From assembly GCF_009914755.1 (NCBI RefSeq), contig NC_060931.1: a stretch of DNA of 64,000 nt. One strand, given 5' to 3'. The DNA comes from the human T2T-CHM13v2.0 reference genome, Homo sapiens. Positions 32,851 to 44,629 of this stretch are shown here, piece after piece. A program made the position numbers and the translations under genes. Every line of letters begins with the position of its first letter. Positions within the stretch are counted from its first letter, which is position 1. The notes beneath the pieces were generated by a model, which was not told the DNA's origin, did not search any database, and was given only the letters and a program-made list of their open reading frames with translations.

Positions 32851-32882
32851 GGTACTCATCTTAAATACTGTTAGTTTGGGGT

Positions 32883-32884
<2 letters not shown>

Positions 32885-32915
<31 letters not shown>

Positions 32916-33058
32916 ACAGAGCCTCACTCTGTTCTCCAGGCTGGAGTGCAATGGTGCAATCATAGCTCACTGTATTCTCAAACTCCTGGGCTCAAGTGAT
33001 CTTCCCACTTCAGCCTCCTGAGTGGCTGAGACCACAGGTGCATGCCACTGTGCCCAGT
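32885..33058 (-). mobile_element. Alu monomer (FRAM/AluJ arm) with long polyT
   Basis: T~30 then gacagagcctcactctg...atcatagctcactg...ctcaagtgatcttcccac. Confidence 0.88.
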
Positions 33059-34491
33059 TGCAGCTTAAATGCGCTTTTCCTTATATATCTTGTGTAACAT
33101 TGAAGGTTTGCTAATTTAAAGTTTAAACTAAAATGTTTATGTTTTAATTTTGCATGTTTAACCAAAAAGTTTGTAATTTTAAAAATTTTCCTTCCTATGA
33201 ACTGCTAGATCCCACCAAGGCCAAAAGCAAATTAGACATTTACTGACAAAGTGGACAGTTTAGATTAATGCTGGCATCTCATATTTCACTTGATATTTTT
33301 GTACTCTCCCTATTCATGTGAAAACCTTTAGCAAAGCCACTAAGGAATCTTAATATCTTTGTCAGTTTTGATTATTAAATAAATGCTTATGGGGTATGCA
33401 CTGGAAAGCATGACACAGGCATCTTAGGGGGCATGGTGGCTTATATGCACAAAGTGTCTGGACTTGCTGCTTGTATGCTGAGGGACTTCCAATAAGGAAA
33501 ATTTTTATTTCTCTGATGCACAGTTTGAGAATACATGCAGTAGAAAAACATTGTAGAAAACTTAGATTTCATTTGTTTCTTGTATGAGTCTGAATTGTTG
33601 ACTTACCAAGATTCAGTAATATTTAGACGAGTTTTATACTTTGACTAGAAGTTATTTGGGGGGAAGGAAAGCTCAAGTGATTATATGTCCCTGTCTGAGA
33701 GGATATTCATCCTTATCAAATTGCCCTGTGCTGTTTTCTCTGCTTGGCATTCCTGCCAGAGATTGCACTGGCATTAAAAGGCAATTATTTCTCAGTCTTA
33801 GAATCCTATAAGATCTCCAGAGCCACATTACAAAGAGAAATACAAACCTCCTACCAGAACTGTGCTTACTGGGATTCTTTCACAGTGCAGACTGGGCTAT
33901 GTTGTAGTCTGCAGAATGCCTGGCTCTTTGGCAAGAGGAGAGTTTCTAGTATTTTCGAGAGTAATTACTACAAGTGAAAAAACCTTCATCTCTATCTCTA
34001 CACTTTAAGATCTTTTTTCAAAATTCCTTTGAAAATATTGTCTCAGAAATGTAGTTTTAAAAAATATGTGTTGCTAAAATTATTTCTATAAGACTTAAAA
34101 GCGAAGTAACTGCACTGATAAAGCAAAATATTTCACTTGCCTGTTTATAATATACTCTATATTTTTCATTCATATAATCAGAGCTTCAAAAGTGAGGAAT
34201 TTCTTAGAAATCATCCAGCTAAGTATCCTCATTTTGTAGAAGAGGAAACTAAAGCATTAAAAAGCTGAAGACTTCCTCAGTGGCACCTGTTTGCATATTG
34301 ACAAAACCTGGAACTAAGATTGGAACTTAGCTCTCCTATCTATAAATGCAAAGTGTGTTGATTGAATTTCCAAAACCATTGAGTGGAAATTTCATTACAA
34401 CTTCACCAAAGATAGAATGCTTATAAAGAGGGTGTTCTAGTTAAGAAAGGCTTCTTCTCTCGCCTATAGGACAGCCATTAAAAATGGTAAG

Positions 34492-34860
34492 TGCTATGGA
34501 CTGTTTTCGTACCCCCAAAATTCAAATGTTGAAACCCTAATCTCCAATATAATGTTATTTTGAAGCGAGACCTTTGGCAAGTAATTAGAGTCAGATAGGG
34601 CATAAAAGTAGATCCCCCATGATGGGATTACTATCTTTATATGAAGATGAAGGGACCAAAGCTTTTTCTCTTCACTATATGAGAATGCAGTGAGGAGGTC
34701 ATCATCTGTGAACAAAGAGGAGGGCTGTCATCAAGTTCCCAACCATGTTGGCACTCTGATCTCAGACTTCTGGCCTCCAGAACTGTGAGAAATAGATGTT
34801 TGTTGTCTAAGCCATTCAGTCTATGCTATTCTGTTTTAGCAACCCAAACTAACTAAAACA
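34492..34860 (+). mobile_element. MLT1A/B LTR
   Basis: tgctatggactg...caaaattcaaatgttgaaaccctaa...ctccagaactgtgagaaat...aactaaaaca. Confidence 0.85.
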
Positions 34861-34907
34861 GTGGAGGAAAATGTTTATTAGAAAAATCACAAGTGTGCAG
34901 GGCCTCT

Positions 34908-34977
34908 TACACAAAGAACTTTAGCTCTACTCCATGTGAAATACACAAAGAACTTTAGCTCTACTCCATGTGAAATA
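34908..34977. repeat. perfect 34-bp tandem duplication
   Basis: tacacaaagaactttagctctactccatgtgaaa repeated twice. Confidence 0.97.
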
Positions 34978-35960
34978 AGGAGAATGAGGAATACTTAAAT
35001 CTAGGAGCGAATATGACTCTGGCTCACTCATACAAGGTTACACCACCTACATGGAGGGTAAAGATATTCCTCTCACTGCTGCCATTACGTCCCTGCTTCC
35101 TATCTCCTCTAGGTAATTCTTCACTATGATACACATGCCCCTATGCACTCACATGTGCGTGCATCAGCACCTGTGCATGTGTGCAAACACCCATACATAC
35201 ACGCATACACATACATACACACCATTCATGTCCTCCACGAATCATATTTTTTAGAGACAGCACCATCAAAATATATATTTAGAATTAAGAAAGAAAATAA
35301 ATCCCCACAAACAAAAACAATAATTATTTATCTCACTTTGCAAGGATGTAGTTCTGCTAAAAAAAAGTTAAGAAATAATCAATATTTCAATTAAAGTTTG
35401 AGATTAATAGAGACATCACGGTTTTCTTCAAGGATAATAGATGAGAAATTGCTTTACATTTATGTAACATAGAGAATAATCCTAGGGTTTTTTCCAAAAC
35501 AAATTGATTTCTTCTAAAGTTTAATTGCTGTATTCATCTCTAGACACAAATATTGCTGGTAATTTTAAAATTACAATTTGGAGCTTCAAAAAAAATTTGT
35601 ATACAGGTTCTGGTTACCTGGAAATGTATTACAGCAAGAGTTGGTGTTTAGTTGAGTGTGGGATATACTGTGGTTTAAAAGTTTCTGACAGCCACTGGAT
35701 GGAATGTGGTGCCTATAAGACAATCCAGGACTTACTTCCATAAAATCACTTGACATATATGGTTATGGAACTTAGATGAAGGATATGTGATAATGATGAT
35801 AATAGTGAATTCATCAACACAGAAATGGTAACTGAAACTATAAATGAGTAGACAAGATAATGAAGAGAGCATAGGCAGAGTTAGAATAAAAAACATGTAA
35901 AAGACTGTGTCCTGAGCATCACAAATGCTTAAAGTATAAGATTAGGAGACCAATGGGCCA

Positions 35961-35993
<33 letters not shown>

Positions 35994-37499
35994 TAGAAAA
36001 TGGTAGTTTTACAATGAAGAGAAAGCCCTTTAAGAAAGAATCAGGTCAATGGTATCAAATGCTGAAGAGATATTAAGTCAGATGTGGACTGAAAGTCTCC
36101 CACAAAACTGAGAGAAAAGCAATCCTGTGATGCCTTTTGAGAGTAGGCTGGGTGGAGTGGAAGGAGGGCAATACAGATGGCAGAGGGTAGAGTGCATGAA
36201 AAGTGTTCACATTGGACAGAAAGTGTTTAGAGTTCTAATTAGAGAATATGAGACACCAGTGGTGGGAAAGGGAGGGGTTTCATGGGGGGTAGTTAAAATT
36301 TAGGTTTTGGTAATTGTTTTATGCTTTTCATTCTAATATGGAAGAAGTTTTTGTTGTTGAAATACTGATGGGCGATAGCCAGAGATTAGGTGGAAACTGA
36401 GAATCTTAGAAAGAAAAGAATATTTGTGTAATAGTCTCTGGGGAAAACAGATCCTGGGCACAGGTCTTAGATAAAGGAGCGAAGGCTCCTCCTGCCGAGG
36501 AGTCAGGGAGGGGTACAGAGGCAGATCAGTTTGCAAGACTGGTGTCGGATGTTAGCAGGCCTCCTCTGATGATTTTTAACTCTATGAATGACGAGGTATG
36601 GCTCTTTGCTAAGAATGAGGTGAGGAATTAGTGAGTTGAGAGGTTTGAGCTTTATGTATATCCTCAAATGTTTGTCCGTCATCCAAATATTCATTTTTTC
36701 CCAAAAACATAGTTTATTTTGAACAGCCTCTCTTTTTTCCTTTACTCTTTCTGCCAATGGTATTTTAATTCTTCTGATTTTCCAGCTTTTTTATACTCCC
36801 TTCTCTCACTCTCCTTCCTCACTGCCCACCTCATCCAGAAAGTTCCCAGTCTCAGGGATTGTGCTTATATATGTATAAGCATGTCACTGTTCATTTCCCT
36901 TGTTTTAACATTGCATCCATAATCTATAAAATTCCTGTGTCATTGGAAAAGCTTTCTTCTTGGTCTTACTAGCTCCCCTTCTTTTCCCATCATCCCCTGC
37001 ATTGCGGGCAGACTGCTAAAACACTGCGTCAACTTGTCATTTCCTTTGCTAAAACTTTCATTGTTTCCCCTATGCTGACAGGATAAAATCCAAACTCTTA
37101 TCATGAAACACAAAGCTCTTTATTATTGGCCTCAGACTACTTGTAACAATTTATGTCCAACTAATGCCAAGAGATTGGTGATTTCAACAACAAAAAATTT
37201 ATTCTTTCTATCCAAATCTTACTTGTGTGTTTGTATTTCACTGTTTTTGTCATTCTTTTTCTCAGTTTGCAATGCAGCCTCAGTACTGACCAATTACATA
37301 AACATCTGGCCTTTCAATACCTTATATGCTGAGAACTCCACCTAGGCTGTCTTCTATCCATTTCCTTCCTCCAGCACTTAAACCATATTACTTATGCTAT
37401 TTATCGTTGATTTGGCAATATTATAACTTTTTGTTATATGTTTAATATTATATGTTAAAGTTTAAGAGCCAGAGCTCAGAAGTGAATTTCCTAAATTTA

Positions 37500-37893
<394 letters not shown>

Positions 37894-38082
37894 TCAAGGT
37901 ATGTTGGAACAGCTCTGTCCATGGAGGATTCCCAGCTCTTCCTACAGTTTGCATACTTCCCAGGGCTATACTTATTTTCTTATGTGGGAATTGCAGGAAC
38001 ACACAGGCCCCACAGGTACCGTGGTGCCTCCTGGCTACTCCAACCAGCCTTATCAGAGCCCTCACCCTTCTACCAACCCTAC

Positions 38083-38462
38083 TGATTTGATTAGTCTTTG
38101 TGTCCACACCCAAATCTCATCTTGAATTGTAATCCCCATAATCCCCACATGTCAAGGGAGAGACCAGATGGAGGTCATTGTATCACTGGAGGGGGTTCCC
38201 CCTTGCTGTTCTCATGATAGTGAGCGAGTTCTCATAAGATCTGATGGTTTTATAAGGGGCTCTTCCCCCCTTCGCTCGGCACTTCTCCTTCCTGCCACCT
38301 TGTGCAGAAGGTGTCTTGCTTCCTTGTTACCTTCCGCCATGATTGTAAGTTTCCTGAGGCCTCCCCAGCCATGCTGAACTGTGAGTCAATTAAGCCTCTT
38401 TCCTTTATAAATTACCCAGTCTTGGGCAGTTCTTTATAGCAATATGAAAACAGACTAATACA
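38083..38462 (+). mobile_element. THE1D/MSTA solo LTR inserted in the MED12 pseudogene
   Basis: tgatt.gatt..ctttgtgtcc.cacccaaatctcatcttgaattg...cagactaataca; TSD cctac/cctat; removing it restores the TNPT-LVDP frame. Confidence 0.92.
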
Positions 38463-38627
38463 CCTATTCTTGTAGATCCTATGTACCACCTGCAACAGTG
38501 GCTCAGTGGCTATGTGTACCAGCAGGCCTTAACCTATAAGTATGGCCTAAGCTCCACTCAAAGATTTTCACACCTGAAACTGTGGCAAACACCCATAGGT
38601 ACTAAGACTCCACTGAATACTCAGGGT

Positions 38628-38822
38628 ATCCTATCCCCACCTCTGGGACCATATCAGGTTTGCAACAGGCAGAGATAAAAGTGACCATGGGGATGCTCAG
38701 AGCATGGTTGACAGGGAACAGCTGAGTTCACTAGAGTGAGCCAATGAATCTATGGGTCCATGCTCTCCTCAGACTGTGCATGGCTATGTGTATACTATGG
38801 AGCTATATAGGGCAGGATTCTC
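38628..38822 (+). repeat. 195-bp direct repeat, copy 1 (inside the MED12 pseudogene)
   Basis: Ungapped match to 40082-40276, about 16 mismatches by hand count. Confidence 0.95.
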
Positions 38823-40081
38823 CTTCAGGAATTCAATCAACTGTCATCCCACCTGAGCAAAAGCAGCAGCAGAAACAGCAGCAGCAGGACCACATCTGAT
38901 GACCGCAGCAGCAACAGCAACAGTGACAGCAATGGCAGCAACAAGTAGCTTCTCCCCCACCCCATCCCCGGTTCCAGAGCTAGGGAATTGTGTCCCGGAT
39001 GTGGCCCCACCTTTTCCTTCCTCTTTATTCCCAATCCCCTTTTTAGGTCGGTACCAGGAGTGGTTGGGGCACTTCCCTCAGGCATTTTTAATGAATTTTT
39101 AGTATTTTTGTTAATGTAAGGCCTTGAATTACGGGTTTTGTATATTATTTACATAGAGACCCCAGAGATGATACACATAGCTTCTCTGCACAAAATATCT
39201 GTGAAAATAAAAAAACAGTTGTTCAGAAATTACTTATAACAACATGTAACATAAAAATTCATGACATTTAATGAATTCATCAGTATTCATTAAATAGTTT
39301 TTATATCCAAATTATAGCGTTTAATGCAGAGAAAGCTCATACCTTAATTATACTCAAAACACACACACATATGCCAATATAAATATATAGGAGATACATA
39401 TATAAGCACAATATGTCTAAAAGTGAAATTATGTTATTCCTTTACCCACTAAATCTGCTTTTCCTTGATTTGCAATCATCTCCCCAGAGACCTCAAACAG
39501 GAAATTGGAATCTTAGTAATCCTTGACTTTTCTGTCTCTCATCCCTTGCCTTCCCCGTACCTCTTCCTAACCACATGTCCATTTAAATAATCATCAAGGG
39601 CTGTCAAATCTAGCTCTGAGATATCTAGGGAATATGATCCTCTCTTTATTCTCATAGTTTCTCTCCTCCCATCTACTTATACTCCTTTAACTTCTCTTCT
39701 TGCCTATGTTGTAAGCTCCACTTACTCTATCTTTCACACCACTTCCAAATTTATTGTTTAGACACATAAAAGACACTTAATACATACTTGTAGAAAGAAT
39801 TAAAGACCTGAATAAAGCTAATTAATTATGGCACCAGAAATATCTCAAGTCCATATGGTGCTTTGATGACAATTAGAAAAAGCTACCCTCCTTCAAGTAG
39901 AAGTAAATAAATACAAATGAACATATTTTTTTAAATGAAATATATAAATTAGAATATTATTGCACAACATATTGTCTTGCTGTTGGGGAGTTTTCCAGAG
40001 CTGCTAATGTGCCCAGACTTGCCCAATCACAATGCCCCACCCTGTAGGAAGCACACGTGCTGACAGCCACAAGTACCCTGC

Positions 40082-40276
40082 ATCCTATTCCCACCTATGG
40101 GACCCTATCAGACTTGCAACAGGCAGAGATAAAAGTGACCGTGGGGATGCTCAGAGCATGGTCAACAGGGAACAGCTGAGTTCACTAGAGTGAGCCAATG
40201 AATCTGTGGGACCATGTCCTCCTGAGCCTGTGCATGGCTATGTATATGCTATGGAGCTATATAGGGCAGGATTCTC
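40082..40276 (+). repeat. 195-bp direct repeat, copy 2 (probable donor)
   Basis: Ungapped match to 38628-38822. Confidence 0.95.
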
Positions 40277-41252
40277 GGTCAGTGACTCAATTGTGAAGGC
40301 TAAAACTATCCACACTTAGTCTTAAGTTCTCACACAGGTAGTATGTGCCTAAAGTATGAATTCATTCTGTTAAGATGTCATCCACAGAGTGATGATACCC
40401 TTGTGCAAGGCACAATCTAAACATGCAAAGACAAGGCTTTTGTGTTATCCTTTCATTTCTCCCCATCTAACATCAGAATATAATCCAAACAACTTGTGGC
40501 ATTTAACTCACTTGGAAGTTTGGTCCCTACATACAGCCATAGCCTTATCTGCCACTACTCCTATGTACAAAGGAAGATCTACTCATGAGGAACTATTTTC
40601 AGATCACCAAAGAAGGCTATAAAATAGTATAGTGAGATGGTGGCATAATGATTAAGTCCCAACTCTATCACATACTAGCTGTGTGACCTTGAACATCCCT
40701 TAATTTTATGTTTTCTCATTATTATTATGTTATGCTTGTTTAATCTGATCAGATGTCCTCCGTTAGAATACACATTGCCTCCTTTTGATTTTTAAAAATT
40801 CCTACGTATGCATTAAGTAGGCATATTGAATGAACACTAATAATACAACATGAAAAATAATGAGTCATGCAACAATTTTTGCTAAGATACAGTTGTTGTT
40901 CAAAGGTATGAGGGTGATCAGAGAAGGCTTAAGGAAAGAGTTACCAGGCAGCCTGGGCCTGAAAGGAGGGTCTTTCTTTTCTCCTCACTGGTCACAGGAA
41001 AAGTGCTTTTCAGTTAGGAAAAAATACAGTGAAATAGAAAGCTATGAGGCTTATCAAATGAAAGAGATTATTTTCACTAAATCATAAGTATGAGAAAAAG
41101 GATAGAGAAATAAATTTAGAAGGATCCTTTAAATCCAAATCTGTGGGTTCTAGTTTAACAAGGTTGGCCTTAATCCTATAGGTAGTAACAGTTCTTATGT
41201 GTTTCTTAAATAGAGGGTAGATAGCACCAGAGTTGTACTTGAGGAAAATTTA

Positions 41253-41482
<230 letters not shown>

Positions 41483-41572
41483 AGGGGCTATCTTTTTTTA
41501 TATACAACGTGGTCCTACTCCAAAATTTTTCTTCATGAGGAATCCTGTGAATCAGATAGTATCACCACCCTC

Positions 41573-41576
<4 letters not shown>

Positions 41577-41615
<39 letters not shown>
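41577..41615. repeat. (CA)n microsatellite
   Basis: Seen directly. Confidence 0.95.
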
Positions 41616-41616
<1 letters not shown>

Positions 41617-42107
41617 CAAATTAGTTACCAATTCTTGGCATTTCTTCTTATAAACAAACTACATCAGGCAGTACCTTGCTTATGTTAATTATGTTAGCAT
41701 TTAATGAATTAATATATGAATGTTTTTCCATAAGGCTTGGCACATAACAATTGCTCAATGTTTATTACTGCTGTTAACATTTGCCAGTTTTTTTTAACAT
41801 TTTTCTACTCCCCAAAATAAAGCTTAAAACTGTCCTGTTCCCTACTTCTACTACCATGGCCTTGGTTATGGTTCTTGCCACCATTTAGAGGGACTGGTGC
41901 ACTAGTGTGCCTACCGGTTCTTCTAAGCCTCACCTTGACTTTTCAGCCTATTCTCCACACCAAAGGCCAAGGCCAAGAACTTGGTGTCCTTCACTTCTCT
42001 TTTTCTTTCCCCTTCTACATCCTATACATGTAAAATTTCTTCTGGTTCTACTTCCAGAATATATCTGAAATCATGCTGCCTCTCACTAACTGAGCCACAA
42101 CCACCAT

Positions 42108-43784
42108 TGTCTCCGGAATTGATGGGTTCTTGGTCTCACTGACTTCAAGAATGAAGCCGCGGACCCTCGCAGTGAGTGTTACAGCTCTTAAGGTGGCGCG
42201 TCTGGAGTTTGTTCCTTCTGATGTTTGGTTGTGTTCAGAGTTTCTTCCTTCTGGTGGGTTCGTGGTCTCGCTGGCTCAGGAGTGAAGCTGCAGACCTTCG
42301 CGGTGAGTGTTACAGCTCTTAAGGTAGCACGTCTGGAGTTTGTTCCTTCTGATGTTCGGATGTGTTCGGAGTTTCTTCCTTCTGGTGGGTTCGTGGTCTC
42401 GCTGGCTCAGGAGTGAAGCTGCAGACCTTCGCAGTGAGTGTTACAGCTCTTAAGGCGGTGCGTCTGGAGTTGTTCGTTCCTCTCGGTGGGCTCGTGGTCT
42501 CGCTGGCTTCAGGAGTGAAGCTGCAGACTTTCGCGGTGAGTGTTACAGTTCATAAAAGCAGTGTGGACCCAAAGAGTGAGCAGTAGCAAGATTTATTGCA
42601 AAGAGCAAAAGAACAAAGCTTCCACAGTGTGGAAGGGGACCCGAGCGGGTTGCCACTGCTGGCTAGGGCAGCCTGCTTTCATTCTCTTATCTGGCCCCAC
42701 CCACATCCTGCTGATTGGTACAGCTGAGTGGTCTGTTTTGACAGGGTGCTGATTGGTGCGTTTACAATCCCTGAGCTAGACACAAAGGTTCTCCAGTCCC
42801 CACCGGATTAGGTAGATACAGAGTGTCCACACAAAGGTTCTCCAAGGCCCCACCGGAGTAGCTAGATACAGAGTGTCGACTGGTGCATTCACAAACCCTG
42901 AGCTAGACACAGGGTGCTGATTGGTGTGTTTACAAACCTTGAGCTAGATACAGAGTGCCGATTGGTGTATTTACAATCCCTGAGCTAGACATAAAGGTTC
43001 TCCAAGGCCCTACCAGAGAAGCTAGATAAAGAGTGTCGATTGGTGCATTCACAAACCCTGAGCTAGACACAGGGTGCTGACTGGTGTATTTACAATCCCT
43101 GAGCTAGACATAAAGGTTCTCCATGACCCCACCAGACTCAGGAGCCCAGCTGGCTTCACCCAGTGGATCCCGCACTGGGGCTACAGGTGGAGCTGCCTGC
43201 CAGTCCTGCGCTGTGCGCCCGCACTCCTCAGCCTTTGGGTGGCCGATGGGACTGGGCGCCCTGGAGCATGGGGCGGCACTCATCGGGGAGGCTCGGGCCG
43301 CACAGGAGCCCACGGAGAGGGTGGGAGGCTCAGGCATGGCAGGCTGCAGGTCCCGAACCCTGCCCCGCCGGAAGGCACCTAAGGCCCGGCGAGAAATCGA
43401 ACGCAGCGCCGGTGGGCTGGCACTGCTGGGGGACCCAGTACACCCTCCGCAGCCGCTGGCCGGGGGCTAAGCCCCTCACTGCCCAGGGCCAGCAGGGCCG
43501 GCCGGCTGCTCCGAGTGCGTGGCCGCCAAGCCCATGCCCACCCGGAGCTGCAGCTGGCCCGCAAGCGCCACGCGCAGCCCTGGTTCTCGCTCGTGCCTCT
43601 CCCCCCACACCTCCCTGCAAGCTGAGGGAGCGGGCTCCGGCCTTGGCCAGCCCAGAAAGGGGCTCCCACAGTGCAGCGGTGGGCTGAAGGTCTCCTCAAT
43701 TTCCGCCAAAGTGGGAGCCCAGGCAGAGGAGGCACCTAGAGCGAGCGAGGGCTCTGAGGACTGCCAGCACGCTGTCACCTCTCA
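42108..43784 (-). mobile_element. LTR12C (ERV9) solo LTR
   Basis: Ends tgtctccggaatt and gctgtcacctctca; perfect 4-bp TSD ccat; tandem U3 repeats with gattgg (CCAAT); U5 repeats; CpG-rich. Confidence 0.97.
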
Positions 43785-44288
43785 CCATGATCCGTACTAT
43801 AGACTTCTCCTTCCAGGATTACTATGATGTGCTCCTGATAGAACTCCCTGCTTTAACCCTTCACCCTCAAAGTCGATTCTCAACACAACAGCCAGACGGA
43901 ACGTTTAAATCATAAGTGAGATAACGTCATTACTTTACACAGCACAAAAGACCCCTTTGCATTCATAGGGAAAGTTAAAGTTCCTAAAATAGCCAACAAC
44001 ATCCTACGACACTCTAACCACCACTATCCCGAGCTACACACAAATAACTTACCACTTGCCTCCTCGTCTTCTCTCCACTGCACTGACACTGTCTAGTCAC
44101 ACAAGCCTCCTTGCTGCTTCTGGACAGAACAGGCCTTCTCTCCACTTCAAGGCAGTTCTCTTTGCCTACAATGACCCCCCACATATTGTGACACATCTCC
44201 TTGACCTGTACAAGATCTACTGTGAACTTTAAAATTTACTTTAAATTTACTCTAAAATTTCAACCTGCCCTGACTCTGTAGCTACTGA

Positions 44289-44629
<341 letters not shown>

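Noticed and set aside
34470-34486. Plus-strand 17-nt micro-exon (ctcgcctatag|..AATG|gtaagt)
   Set aside because: The donor overlaps the MLT1 insertion junction and I found no supporting partner exons; likely chance.
35960-35984. Orphan polyA tract as a tail-only retroinsertion
   Set aside because: No TSD visible; slippage expansion explains it.
38837-39085. Minus-strand Leu-rich, membrane-like 82-aa ORF
   Set aside because: Antisense reading (CTG/TTG) of the MED12-derived CAG/CAA tract.
42170-43130. Regularly spaced repeats resembling an array or CRISPR
   Set aside because: These are the ordinary U5 and U3 tandem subrepeats of LTR12C, with no unique spacers.
43074-43827. Cluster of overlapping 77-174 aa ORFs on both strands
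   Set aside because: They lie in the GC-rich LTR12C U3, where stop codons are scarce; no protein homology recognised.
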